Below the pieces are notes generated by a model that searched no databases, was not told the DNA's origin, and was given only the letters and a program-made list of their open reading frames with translations. DNA of 36,309 nucleotides, from positions 1-36,309 of the IMG/VR virus record IMGVR_UViG_3300038797_000018, one strand, 5' to 3'. Of this stretch, positions 1-8,505 are shown piece by piece (position 1 is the stretch's first letter; each line of letters opens with the position of its first letter). The position numbers and the translations under genes were made by a program. The stretch comes from a virus (Duplodnaviria; Caudoviricetes).

Positions 1-160
1 GGCGCATGCATTCGCTCCAGGTGCCTGGGGCTGGGTTGAGCTCGGCGGGGTTGATTACGCTGTGCCCGGCGGCGCGGAGGGTGGCGGCCGTGGAATGGAA
101 CAGCGGGAAGTTCAGGTCCAGCATGTTACTCATGGGGCCGCTGAGGTAGATGCGCTTCAT
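1..160 (-). CDS. DUF4406 / nucleoside 2-deoxyribosyltransferase-like protein (5' part; runs off the window)
   Basis: Manual translation MKRIYLSGPMSNMLDLNFPLFHSTAATLRAAGHSVINPAEL... has the IYxSGPM and NPA motifs; ATGA overlap with the stop of 157..738. Confidence 0.8.
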   Translation of the reverse strand, partial: MKRIYLSGPMSNMLDLNFPLFHSTAATLRAAGHSVINPAELNPAPGTWSECMR

Positions 161-738
161 GCTGCCTCCTGCTGCGGCTGTTCTTGGCGCAGCGCCTGTT
201 GCACCGCGAGGATGATTCGTTCGAGATACGCATAATCGGGATTGGGTTCAGTGGCATCGCTCGTCATGTGCCACCACTCGTCGCCGAACAGCTTTGTCAT
301 CAGCTCGCTGTGGACGGCGTGCAAATGATCAATCGATGGCGATTCGCGCAGATCTGCCGCCGAGTCGAACAGCTCGCGCGCCTCATATGATGTGAGGTCA
401 AAACGGCGTCGCTCTTTCAGAACCAACCGCTGCGCTTCCTTGGCCAAGGCATCACCACTGAATTGCCGCGAGCGCAGTGACTGGTCGAAGTAGCCGATGA
501 TGTAGCTGGTGTTCAGCTCACAGAAGAACTGCGCAATGGTGTGACCATCCCACATGCCGCCCCAGTAAGCGGTCCAGCTCTTTCCCCAGCAGCTGACGGT
601 GATCTTGCCGCGCTTCGGTGCCAGGTCCTCAAGGAACACGGTGATCGGATCGAGGCTTGGCGCGCCGGTGATCACCAGCTTGGTCACAGTCGAGCGCTCA
701 ACCTTCAGCGGCTCGGCCGGTTTGTTTTCTGTGGGCAT
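157..738 (-). CDS. Hypothetical phage early protein (193 aa)
   Basis: Long ORF, AGGA upstream, ends in the EAA/ATGA coupling typical of phage early operons. Confidence 0.8.
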   Translation of the reverse strand: MPTENKPAEPLKVERSTVTKLVITGAPSLDPITVFLEDLAPKRGKITVSCWGKSWTAYWGGMWDGHTIAQFFCELNTSYIIGYFDQSLRSRQFSGDALAKEAQRLVLKERRRFDLTSYEARELFDSAADLRESPSIDHLHAVHSELMTKLFGDEWWHMTSDATEPNPDYAYLERIILAVQQALRQEQPQQEAA

Positions 739-838
739 GGGGCGTCCTATGCCGGGGCATGCCCGGGCGGTGGAGATTTATCGCCTGAACCAAATAGCTC
801 CTGCATAATCAGCGGAACTGAATTGGCTGGAGAGCGAA

Positions 839-1543
839 TTGAAAAAGGATTTCGTGGTTTGGGGTGGATGCGTTCTTTTGTTTTGCGCAGGTGTTATTTG
901 GGGTGGTGGCAGATTTGATTTAGCCTTCTTCAAGATCGCAAATATCCATGATCTTTTTGAAATTTTTTCGTCTGCCGCGACTGTTGCAGCTGTTTTTTTG
1001 GCGTTCATCGGTGTTAACGCTTGGCGTCAGCAACTGGGTGCTCAGTCTGATCACGCTCTTGCCCAGCGTGTAGCGATCGCAGCGCTTAAATACAAAGAAG
1101 TTTCTCGATCGGCCTATAACGATGCACATTTTGCTGTTACTCAATTCCGTTATGGCTTGGACACCGTGCCGGAAGGAATACTTGACCGGTTTATTATCAA
1201 CATGGAGAGCAGGCTTCAGAAAGGTCAGGATTCGAAGGCTGAGTTCCTCGCCGTGTTGCTCGAATCGCGCGCAATATGGGGATTAGAGTTCTCTTCGAAA
1301 TATGATGAGCTGATCGGCATCACCGAAGGATTTTATGGCTGTGTTCGCATGTTTTTTAAATGGGCTCGCTTAGATCCAAATGACGAATTAACAGAGGCTT
1401 ATGAGGCGTCACTCCAAAAGCACTATGATTATTTCGATGAGCAGGGATGGCTATTACTTAGCGCCGCCCAAGTTCCAAAGTTTGATGAGTTGACGCAGTC
1501 AGCAGATGAAGATCTTCGCGAAAAGCTGCTCAAGTCAAGTTAA
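839..1543 (+). CDS. Moron: membrane-anchored hypothetical protein (two N-terminal hydrophobic segments)
   Basis: AT-richer than its flanks, opposite strand to the operon, GGAG RBS before a TTG start. Confidence 0.75.
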   Translation: MKKDFVVWGGCVLLFCAGVIWGGGRFDLAFFKIANIHDLFEIFSSAATVAAVFLAFIGVNAWRQQLGAQSDHALAQRVAIAALKYKEVSRSAYNDAHFAVTQFRYGLDTVPEGILDRFIINMESRLQKGQDSKAEFLAVLLESRAIWGLEFSSKYDELIGITEGFYGCVRMFFKWARLDPNDELTEAYEASLQKHYDYFDEQGWLLLSAAQVPKFDELTQSADEDLREKLLKSS

Positions 1544-1556
1544 ATGAACGGCCGAA

Positions 1557-1934
1557 TTAGGCTGCTCGCGAATTATCAGGCACCCAATCGGCGAAGCCTA
1601 CTTTAGGCGCCCCTGTTTTAGGATTGATGATCGGCTTTTTCTTAGCGTCCACTAGGACGGCCTTTGTCCTGATCTTCAGATCGCGACAGACGATGCTCGC
1701 CCGGGCCATCTCCATGAACTGCTGGGCGTACTGGGGGGCGTCGAACATCGGGGAGAGGCGCACGCTCTTTTTGCTGGCCATGATCCTTTCGACCTCAGCC
1801 TCAACCGCCTCCTCCCACTCAGCAATCGTCCGCTCGAGACGCTTGCCGCCATCCATCTTGTGGGTGCTGGTGGTCTCCTTGGCTTCTTCGCGAGCCCAGC
1901 TTTCACTCATTCCAAACACGGCAAAAGTAGTCAT
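1557..1934 (-). CDS. Hypothetical phage protein (125 aa)
   Basis: ORF in the early operon with GGAG upstream. Confidence 0.7.
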   Translation of the reverse strand: MTTFAVFGMSESWAREEAKETTSTHKMDGGKRLERTIAEWEEAVEAEVERIMASKKSVRLSPMFDAPQYAQQFMEMARASIVCRDLKIRTKAVLVDAKKKPIINPKTGAPKVGFADWVPDNSRAA

Positions 1935-1938
1935 TGGA

Positions 1939-2247
1939 TCACTCCAGGCAGTCGAGGGCCTTCTGCAGAAACTGGTTGATGGTCATTGATTGGTCGTCGG
2001 GGTCCATTGCTCGTTTGATCCACATACAGGCATCTTCGACTTCGTCCTGCAGGTCGCTAAGCTCGCCGGCGACCTCGTCCGCATCATCTTCGATGCGGCG
2101 AATTCGCTCCTGAAGCTCTTCGTGCTCGGCGCGCGGGTCGATGCATTGGGCAGTAAGGCGACGGGTCAGCTCGGCAGCAGCCGCCGGCTCGAGCGATGCG
2201 TAGTGCAGGCACTCTTCGTCGCTCAAGGCATTTGCGGGGATGCTCAT
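1939..2247 (-). CDS. Hypothetical coiled-coil phage protein (102 aa, MSIPANALSDEECLHYA...)
   Basis: GGAG RBS precedes the ATG at 2247; the longer listed ORF overlaps a + strand gene. Confidence 0.7.
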   Translation of the reverse strand: MSIPANALSDEECLHYASLEPAAAAELTRRLTAQCIDPRAEHEELQERIRRIEDDADEVAGELSDLQDEVEDACMWIKRAMDPDDQSMTINQFLQKALDCLE

Positions 2248-2346
2248 GGCAGTTCTCCAGGCATACGCCTGCCTCGCCGGCTGGCGTGATTCGTAGAAGT
2301 GGGGTATTTGTGTTCGGCCCGGCATGGAGCCGGAAGGGGATTCAAA

Positions 2347-2643
2347 TTGAAGCGATTGATGATCGCGCTTGCCGCACTCATACCGATGGCCGCTTCCGCA
2401 GAATCGGTGAAGGAAATGTATCCGGCGCCATGGGTCTATGAATTCAACAACGCGGTAACCGGCGCGCTGGTTCAGGCAAAAGTGAAAGGTTGCGGAATTT
2501 ATCGCTACCGTGTCAGCCGCAGCAGCGACAGCGAATACCTCGTTTACTGCTCTCGGGACAATGAGATCTGGAAGGCCTATATGGTGTGGCCGAACATCAA
2601 CAAGGTGATGGGGCCATACGAACCTGATCCCGAGCTGCCTTAG
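2347..2643 (+). CDS. Moron: small exported protein with signal peptide
   Basis: TTG start after AGGGGA; (M)KRLMIALAALIPMAASA|ES is a Sec signal; two Cys in the mature part. Confidence 0.7.
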   Translation: MKRLMIALAALIPMAASAESVKEMYPAPWVYEFNNAVTGALVQAKVKGCGIYRYRVSRSSDSEYLVYCSRDNEIWKAYMVWPNINKVMGPYEPDPELP

Positions 2644-3004
2644 TTTCGGGCTTCTCGACTTCGTCGTCAGGCTCTGGCGGATCATCGGCAAGCGACTTCA
2701 TGCCGGCCGCTTCAATAAGTCGCGACACCTTTTCAGTAACCACAAAAGGTGTCGTGACACACTTGAGCATCTGGGACTGGGTTTCGAAGTCGGCGGCGAT
2801 CAGGTTCATCAGCAGCAGCTGGTAAACCTCTTGCTGATTGTTGATGCCGTGAGCTGCCATGACCCGCTTGAGGTCGGGCTTGAACACCCCGGCGACTTCA
2901 ACCGTAAACTTCTCGACGCCCAATGCAGCGTCCTTTGCTGCTGCCTTCTCGCGCTTTTTCTTCTGCTTGATGGCTTCCTTCGTCGGCTCCTGTACTTCGG
3001 CCAT
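2597..3004 (-). CDS. Hypothetical phage protein (135 aa; basic N-terminus, possible DNA binding)
   Basis: GAGGT RBS; part of the early operon. Confidence 0.7.
   Translation of the reverse strand: MAEVQEPTKEAIKQKKKREKAAAKDAALGVEKFTVEVAGVFKPDLKRVMAAHGINNQQEVYQLLLMNLIAADFETQSQMLKCVTTPFVVTEKVSRLIEAAGMKSLADDPPEPDDEVEKPETKAARDQVRMAPSPC
2719..2760 (-). repeat. Dispersed motif copy A: GTGTCACGACAC-N20-GTGTCGCGAC
   Basis: Read directly; same architecture at 11940-11979 and 19360-19401. Confidence 0.8.
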
Positions 3005-3073
3005 GGCCTACCTCTTCAATTCCGCTGGCCGGCAAGTCCAGCCAGGTCTGTCGTTTGCGTTGTTGGATTCGAG

Positions 3074-3667
3074 CTATGCGGCGCATGAAGTACAGCCGCG
3101 CCGCGCCTTCGGATAATCGATGCCGTGATTGGCGAGAATCCGCTCGAGTGTTTTGTTGGCGATGCCGAGGCGTCCACACACTTGCCGGCGAGTGGTGCCC
3201 AGTTCAAGGAATGCCCGGATCCGCTCGGCGAACTTTGCGTCGCGAGCTTCCAGATGCTCCTCCCGGTCTTTACCGGTCATGCGGCCGCGAGCCGCACCTT
3301 TGAACGTCAGGTCGTGGGTCTGGGCGATGTTGTAGAGCGTGCGGCGGCTGATTCCGAGTGCTTCAACGATCTCTGCCTGCGTGTGCGTCGGCGCCATTTC
3401 GCGAATCCGTTTGAGCTGATGCATGCGCTCCTGATGGCGAATGTCTTGAGCTGACAGCGGTTGAGGCGGGGCAGGCGCCCGACGCCGAACGAATGGCTTC
3501 GGCGCCGGCGGCATTTGGTTGCTGTAGCTGATCGGCTTCGGCTTGTAGCCGATTGGCTCCGCCTCTTGAATCGTCCCGCCAGCGGATAGGAACTCTTCAA
3601 CCTGCGCCGCAAGCTCGTTGGATTTCGGTCGAAGGGCTTCGACCATGCTGAGGTGGTTGCTGATCAT
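3074..3667 (-). CDS. SutA-like RNAP-binding motif fused to tandem helix-turn-helix domains
   Basis: N-terminal VEALRPKSNELAAQVEEFLSAGGTIQEAEP resembles the SutA core as recalled (VEAKQKERDALAKAMEEFLSRGGKVQEIEP); HTHs at TQAEIVEALGISRRTLYNI and TRRQVCGRLGIANKTLERIL. Confidence 0.7.
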   Translation of the reverse strand: MISNHLSMVEALRPKSNELAAQVEEFLSAGGTIQEAEPIGYKPKPISYSNQMPPAPKPFVRRRAPAPPQPLSAQDIRHQERMHQLKRIREMAPTHTQAEIVEALGISRRTLYNIAQTHDLTFKGAARGRMTGKDREEHLEARDAKFAERIRAFLELGTTRRQVCGRLGIANKTLERILANHGIDYPKARRGCTSCAA

Positions 3668-4281
3668 GCTGCGATCCCCAGTACCTGGTTCATGCGATCC
3701 TCAAGGATCTCGTAGAAGGTTTTCACCCGCTCCGAGAGCTTGCGGATCATTGCCTCGTCGCGGTAGGCGCGCTTGATGAAAAGCGGCATGCCCGGCCAGT
3801 AGCAGACGAAGTCGATCCACTCGCGTTCCGACACCCACAAGCCGCCTTGGCATTGGGCGATGTGCTCTTTCGGGATCTCACCGCCGAGGATCACCTCGAC
3901 CTGTAGCTTAGGAAGCTTGGTTTTGATTTCTGTCAGTCCGTCCTCAAGCACCAGGGAGTCCGGCGAGTAACCGATGCCATGGTTGAGGATGATGCCGACC
4001 TGCGTGGTTTTCACTTCTTCGCGATCTTCGTACAGGGTGCGCGCGGCGCCTTCCAGTTCGTGGCCGCGTTCGGTATGGCGGTTGCCCGTGAATGGGTCGG
4101 CCAGCTCGCCAGTGATGCGCTCGCCGATCAGGGTGTTCATGTAGGTGAATGCCCCTGCGCCGAATCCAGCTTCACCCTTTCCGTTGACCAGCAGGCTGTC
4201 CAACTCCGAGCAGGTGACAATGCCAAGGCGCAAAGCAAGCCACTCAGGCGTACCTTGCTGAATATCCGTGATGATTTGCAT
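3664..4281 (-). CDS. YqaJ / lambda exonuclease family 5'-3' exonuclease
   Basis: QGTPEWLALRLG, RGHELE, SPD, EIK and QCQGGLWV motifs; adjacent to the annealase. Confidence 0.9.
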   Translation of the reverse strand: MQIITDIQQGTPEWLALRLGIVTCSELDSLLVNGKGEAGFGAGAFTYMNTLIGERITGELADPFTGNRHTERGHELEGAARTLYEDREEVKTTQVGIILNHGIGYSPDSLVLEDGLTEIKTKLPKLQVEVILGGEIPKEHIAQCQGGLWVSEREWIDFVCYWPGMPLFIKRAYRDEAMIRKLSERVKTFYEILEDRMNQVLGIAA

Positions 4282-4284
4282 GGT

Positions 4285-5046
4285 TTACTCCTGCGGCCGG
4301 CTGGCTGCTTTGGTGATCCGCGCTGAAACTGCATCGAACTCGGATTTGAAGACGTTGGCTGCACACCCGTATTTGGCCGCGAAGTTGTCCTGTAGCACCT
4401 GACTGCACTTCTTCAGCAACGCGTCCAGTTGAGCGGCCTGGCCAGCGGTGATGACCGGCTCTTTCGGCGGTTCGGGATTCTTATTGGCGCCTTGGCCGTC
4501 ATCGTCTTCGCCCGTGGTGGTGAAGTTGAGCAATGCGCCGGCGGTGTAGCGTTTCCCGTAACTGACAGAGCTGGCCACCGCCTGAACGGCGTTTTTATTG
4601 CCGCTGACATCCGCAGGGAGAAAGATCGACGTCACCTCTCGATGGCCGGCGCGGTGGCTGAGTACGCCCTCGACCTCAACCCCGCCCTGAGTGCGTGGAA
4701 TTCGGAACGACAAGCCAAACCCGTGCTTAGCGAGGACGGGTTTGATTTGTTCGTTGATGTCTTCCCACAGCGCGTAGGTGGATTGAACGTTCTTGAACTT
4801 GTCGCGGATCGCTCCGCGTTCGCCGATCACCGGCATTTCCTCCTGCATCTGAGCCAGCGCTTCGTCGTACTGCTGTTTCGCCTGCTGCGCCTGGTAGCGT
4901 TCGTGCATCGCCATCAAGCGTTCCATCTTGTCGATGTCGGCATCCGGGGACATCGCCACCTGCTGGATGATCGACATGATTGTTGCCGATTCGGTTTGCA
5001 CGGCCGGGACGCGCTCGACCTTTTCTGTCACTGCCAGATTGCTCAT
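4285..5046 (-). CDS. ERF-family single-strand annealing recombinase
   Basis: YA-WEDI, PVLAKHGFGLSF, QAVASSVSYGKRY and EDDDG motifs of the ERF superfamily. Confidence 0.88.
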   Translation of the reverse strand: MSNLAVTEKVERVPAVQTESATIMSIIQQVAMSPDADIDKMERLMAMHERYQAQQAKQQYDEALAQMQEEMPVIGERGAIRDKFKNVQSTYALWEDINEQIKPVLAKHGFGLSFRIPRTQGGVEVEGVLSHRAGHREVTSIFLPADVSGNKNAVQAVASSVSYGKRYTAGALLNFTTTGEDDDGQGANKNPEPPKEPVITAGQAAQLDALLKKCSQVLQDNFAAKYGCAANVFKSEFDAVSARITKAASRPQE

Positions 5047-5053
5047 AGCGACC

Positions 5054-6178
5054 TCAGTAGCTGATTGAAATGGCGGGGATCTTGCGCTGGGCGATCAGAG
5101 TGATTGCCTGCTTGGCGCATTCTTCAGGCATGCCGCCGGCAATAAACGCTTCGAGTGCGGCGCGGTTGATTGCCCTGCGGTGTGCTTCGTCCTGCTCGCG
5201 CGCCTGCTGCTGGCGGACGATTTCGGCAGCCGCTGCATCGGCGCGGCGGCGCTCGTCAGCACGAGCTTGCTCTGCGGCCTGCTCGGCACGTTGCTCGGCG
5301 GCGATGCGATTCGCTTCCGCCTGCTCTGCCACAAGTCGAGCCTGCTCGGCCTGCTGCTCAAGCTGGAGGCGCTGACGCTCGGCCTGTGCCTCTGCTTCGC
5401 GGGCAGCTTGCTCGGCGGCACGCTGCGCTGCGGCAGCCTGATCAAGCAACTCTTGCTCGCGGCGGGCGGCAGCGTCTCGTTCGGCCTGGGCACGCTGCTC
5501 AGCTTCGCGGCGGGTGCGCTCTTCAGCTTCCCGGGCGATCTGTGCATCCCGATCGCGCTGAGCCTGTGCTTCGGCTTCGGCGCGCAACCGTAGCAGTTCA
5601 GCCTGTTCGGCTTCGTACCGCGCTCGCTCGGCGTGCAGGGTGCGCAGCTTGATCAGCGTCTGGTCTTTCACCTGGGCGGCTTCGGCCAAAAACTCTTCCC
5701 AGCTATCGCCGATTTCGAGCAGTTCGAGGTCGGCGATGAGGCTGGCCAGGTGGTCGGACGTTGGCGCCGTTTCGAAGATGGCGAGATCCTTGATGCGCTG
5801 GATCGCGTCGACGTGAGCGTCAGTCCGGGCAATCTCGGCCTGCTCCCAGTCCGTCAGCGGCTGGCGAGTTGCGTCACGCAGCGCGTCCATCTTGTTCACG
5901 AATTCGCGCAGCTCAGCTTCGACGACCTTTGGCATTTCCTTCAGGCGTTTGAGGTAATCGCGGCCCGGCTTTTCCACGGCTGTCTTCGACTTGCTGACCT
6001 TTGCTGCCAGAGAGGCGATACGCTCGCGGCCCTTACGAGTGGTCAGGTCTGGAACCTCGGCGGCGACCTCAGCGGCTACCGCGTCGAAGAACTGGCCAAG
6101 GCCGCCAGCAACATAGATGGCCGGTGCGTTTTCTTCGCTGATGTCGTCGATCTTGATGACTTGCTGTTGTGCGGACAC
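5054..6178 (-). CDS. Long coiled-coil phage protein upstream of ERF (374 aa)
   Basis: Ala/Glu/Arg/Gln-rich helical region; GTG start with AAGGA upstream. Confidence 0.8.
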   Translation of the reverse strand: MSAQQQVIKIDDISEENAPAIYVAGGLGQFFDAVAAEVAAEVPDLTTRKGRERIASLAAKVSKSKTAVEKPGRDYLKRLKEMPKVVEAELREFVNKMDALRDATRQPLTDWEQAEIARTDAHVDAIQRIKDLAIFETAPTSDHLASLIADLELLEIGDSWEEFLAEAAQVKDQTLIKLRTLHAERARYEAEQAELLRLRAEAEAQAQRDRDAQIAREAEERTRREAEQRAQAERDAAARREQELLDQAAAAQRAAEQAAREAEAQAERQRLQLEQQAEQARLVAEQAEANRIAAEQRAEQAAEQARADERRRADAAAAEIVRQQQAREQDEAHRRAINRAALEAFIAGGMPEECAKQAITLIAQRKIPAISISY

Positions 6179-6221
6179 GGGGAATCCTTGCCGCGACGTG
6201 CGCAGCGCTTGAAGTTGAAAG

Positions 6222-6338
6222 TCAGGAGGTGATGCGATCGGCGAGGGCGCTGAGCAGCATCAGGAAGGCGAACATGCCGATGGCGGAGAACCGGCCGCGC
6301 CAGATCAGTGTTCTACGGGCCAACTGCCGGCTGGTCAT
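6222..6338 (-). CDS. Small hydrophobic peptide (38 aa, MTSRQLARRTLIWRGRFSAIGMFAFLMLLSALADRITS)
   Basis: Manual translation; ATGA coupling with the upstream ORF. Confidence 0.55.
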   Translation of the reverse strand: MTSRQLARRTLIWRGRFSAIGMFAFLMLLSALADRITS

Positions 6339-6460
6339 CGAAACACTTGGTAGGTGGTGGAGCGCGGCACCTGGCAAGTGCCCGAGCCATCGCGAATGAC
6401 ACCGTAGGCGCCGGCGCCGGCAACCAGAATCACAACGAGAATCCAGTAGACGAGATTCAT
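6335..6460 (-). CDS. Small membrane peptide (41 aa, MNLVYWILVVILVAGAGAYG...)
   Basis: Manual translation; ATGA overlaps at both ends. Confidence 0.6.
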   Translation of the reverse strand: MNLVYWILVVILVAGAGAYGVIRDGSGTCQVPRSTTYQVFR

Positions 6461-6651
6461 GGCCGAGCCCTCACAGCGATGCGACCGCCTTTCATGGTCA
6501 CCGACAGGCGCTGCGGGAGGCTGTCGACCAGATCCTCGCGCTTGCGGCCGATCACTTCGTTGAAGGGCAGGCCGAAGCCGAGAATCGCAATGCGGCGCTC
6601 GATGTCGTCGAGCTGCTCATCGACCAGCGTTTTCACCAGAGGGGTTGTCAT
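6457..6651 (-). CDS. Hypothetical phage protein (64 aa)
   Basis: Coupled ATGA chain with GGAG RBS. Confidence 0.7.
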   Translation of the reverse strand: MTTPLVKTLVDEQLDDIERRIAILGFGLPFNEVIGRKREDLVDSLPQRLSVTMKGGRIAVRARP

Positions 6652-6863
6652 GCCGAAACTCCTTTCAGATGCGTGTTGCGCTCCACGAACTTGGCGTCGA
6701 GCGCATCCCGATAACGATTGGCGGTGCGGGTGTCGATGATCTCGGCGAACTCAGCCATTTCGATCATGCCCATGACGAAGGTGCGATCCGGCACCGGAGT
6801 GCAGGACTTGCGCATCTTCGCGATCTCAAGGCCCAGTCGAGCCAGTGCTACCTGATTGCTCAT
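6648..6863 (-). CDS. Hypothetical phage protein (71 aa)
   Basis: Coupled ATGA chain. Confidence 0.7.
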   Translation of the reverse strand: MSNQVALARLGLEIAKMRKSCTPVPDRTFVMGMIEMAEFAEIIDTRTANRYRDALDAKFVERNTHLKGVSA

Positions 6864-7288
6864 AGCTCGTTGTCCTCGGCCTGGGCGATCAGCGCATCAT
6901 CGACAAGGGGTCGAAGTAGGCCCTCTGCGATTTCGCCGAGCTTGCCCAGTGGGTGGTCGCTGGGGCCGAGGAGTTCGGCGGAGGCGACCTTGTCAGCGTG
7001 GCCGCGCTCGGCGGCGATCAGCAGGTAGCCCAGCGAAGCCGTGGTGACCTCGCAGTCTGCAAGCCGTCCGTTTGCATGCTCATCAACTGCCAGAGCGAAC
7101 TGGGCCAGCGTGACACCCTGAGCCGGCCGCATGCGGCGCTGGAACGAGACGTCGCAGCCGAACCGCACCAACTGCTCGGAAGCGTTGTACAGCCACTCAG
7201 TCCGAGCCACTTCCTGCGCGCTCTCGCTCACCATCGGAGGCAACTGCGCGTCGTGCATGGCCTGACAAATCTTCAGTGCTGCGTTCAT
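6860..7288 (-). CDS. Hypothetical phage protein (142 aa, MNAALKICQAMHD...)
   Basis: GGAGG RBS and ATGA overlap at 7285-7288. Confidence 0.72.
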   Translation of the reverse strand: MNAALKICQAMHDAQLPPMVSESAQEVARTEWLYNASEQLVRFGCDVSFQRRMRPAQGVTLAQFALAVDEHANGRLADCEVTTASLGYLLIAAERGHADKVASAELLGPSDHPLGKLGEIAEGLLRPLVDDALIAQAEDNEL

Positions 7289-7563
7289 GCTGCCTCCGGC
7301 CAATGGCGCTTAATGCTCTCTTTTGCGTAAATGGACAGCCGCTCGTAACTGTTCACGCCACCGCAACCGGGCATGGTTCCCTCCAGTTCGACGCAGGCGC
7401 GGATATCGCAGCGGCGCGAGCAAACCCAGCCGCCGTAATGACAGCGGTGGACTTCACCTTTTGGATCGGGGTGATAGGCGAGGCCGCCTTTCCACGAAGG
7501 CGAGCCGCGCAGCTTCAGCCCGCAACCTCGGCAAACTGCTTGTGTGTCGGTGCAGTTGTGCAT
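7285..7563 (-). CDS. Cys-rich putative zinc-finger protein (92 aa)
   Basis: CRGC and CSRRC motifs; GGAGG RBS. Confidence 0.72.
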   Translation of the reverse strand: MHNCTDTQAVCRGCGLKLRGSPSWKGGLAYHPDPKGEVHRCHYGGWVCSRRCDIRACVELEGTMPGCGGVNSYERLSIYAKESIKRHWPEAA

Positions 7564-7584
7564 GGCGACCTCCAGTATTTGGGG

Positions 7585-7908
7585 TTAGGCGGAACGGGCG
7601 GCGAGCATGGCGTCGGCGAGCTCGTAAGATGCAGTTGCGATCTTCTCGTTGCTGATCAGGCCCCATGTGTCTGCATGAGAGCAGATGCCTTGCATGGCCT
7701 TGGCTGCGAAGTAGTCGCGAATCGTGAGCCCGAAGCAGGTGCCGTGCCCGCCGTATTCGTTGGCGCCGACAGGAAAGGCCGGTTCCTTTGCGGCGTCGAC
7801 GGCTTGGCACTCGAAGCAAATGCCGCCGGACTGTTCCGAATCCTCGATCAAGCTGCTGCACTTCAAGCACGACCCGAAGCGTTCCGGATCCGGTGGCTGA
7901 AAATTCAT
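7585..7908 (-). CDS. Phage protein with N-terminal Zn ribbon and GLTIRDYFAAKAMQG...AYELADAML domain
   Basis: CLKC/CFEC pair; recurrent phage motif; GGAG before the ATG at 7908. Confidence 0.75.
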   Translation of the reverse strand: MNFQPPDPERFGSCLKCSSLIEDSEQSGGICFECQAVDAAKEPAFPVGANEYGGHGTCFGLTIRDYFAAKAMQGICSHADTWGLISNEKIATASYELADAMLAARSA

Positions 7909-8136
7909 GGCTTTCTCCATTTGTTGATTGATCCAATAAAACTCGCAATGCACTCATCCGCTCCGCTGGTTGCCGTTGGGCGCGGAGGGGAGTGCATTCG
8001 TACTTGTGTAGGGGGGAATGCCGGTTACGTCTCCGGCGCCAGCCTCTGCTGGCCGTGGTCCAGGGTTTTGAGTCCCTGTGCTACTGGGCTCTACGGGACT
8101 TGATGCAGGTGGGCGGTTATAGGCCGCAGTTTCGTC

Positions 8137-8269
8137 CGCATCGGGGTGTGATCTACGCGAGGTCGTCACCTCTGGCTTCACCTGCCGCCGCGCTTTGTCG
8201 ACGGTGCTCAGTGGCTGGCCTGATTACGAGTCAGGTGCCTTGCTCCGCTGTAGATCACACCCCGATGCG
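8137..8269. repeat. Perfect 20-bp inverted repeat CGCATCGGGGTGTGATCTAC enclosing 93 nt
   Basis: Arms at 8137-8156 and 8250-8269. Confidence 0.9.
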
Positions 8270-8322
8270 CTCTCATAGAGAGGATCGGGCAGTTAACGAC
8301 AGGCTGTCGTGGCGCTGGTTGT

Positions 8323-8505
8323 TCAGTCGTGGTAGCTGAGCACCGTGTGAACGTCGTGCACTTCGCTGATCTCGCCGCACTCCAGCTCCTCGACCAGTTC
8401 GATGTACTCATCGACGTTTCCTTGGCGGTCCAGAGTGATAATCGCGATCTCGGTCACGACGCGGGTGATCTTCGCCTTCACGCGGCGCGGTTTTTGTTCT
8501 TGCAT
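8323..8505 (-). CDS. First ORF of the pL operon (60 aa, MQEQKPRRVKAK...)
   Basis: GAGGG RBS; basic N-terminus and acidic C-terminus. Confidence 0.6.
   Translation of the reverse strand: MQEQKPRRVKAKITRVVTEIAIITLDRQGNVDEYIELVEELECGEISEVHDVHTVLSYHD

Noticed and set aside
2898-3086. Small ORF MRRIARIQQRKRQTWLDLP as an N-like Arg-rich protein
   Set aside because: Overlaps both neighbouring genes, has no clear RBS, and lies far from pL; cannot be supported.
5054-6178. TolA-like appearance
   Set aside because: Only low-complexity Ala/Glu/Arg coiled coil; no TM anchor; phage recombination context.
7276-8103. 275-aa plus-strand ORF
   Set aside because: Antisense to the coupled early genes; no RBS or motifs.
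7990-8135. Possible tRNA in the hairpin-rich leader (also considered for 16830-17068)
   Set aside because: No cloverleaf with a TTC-containing T-loop and acceptor stem could be built.
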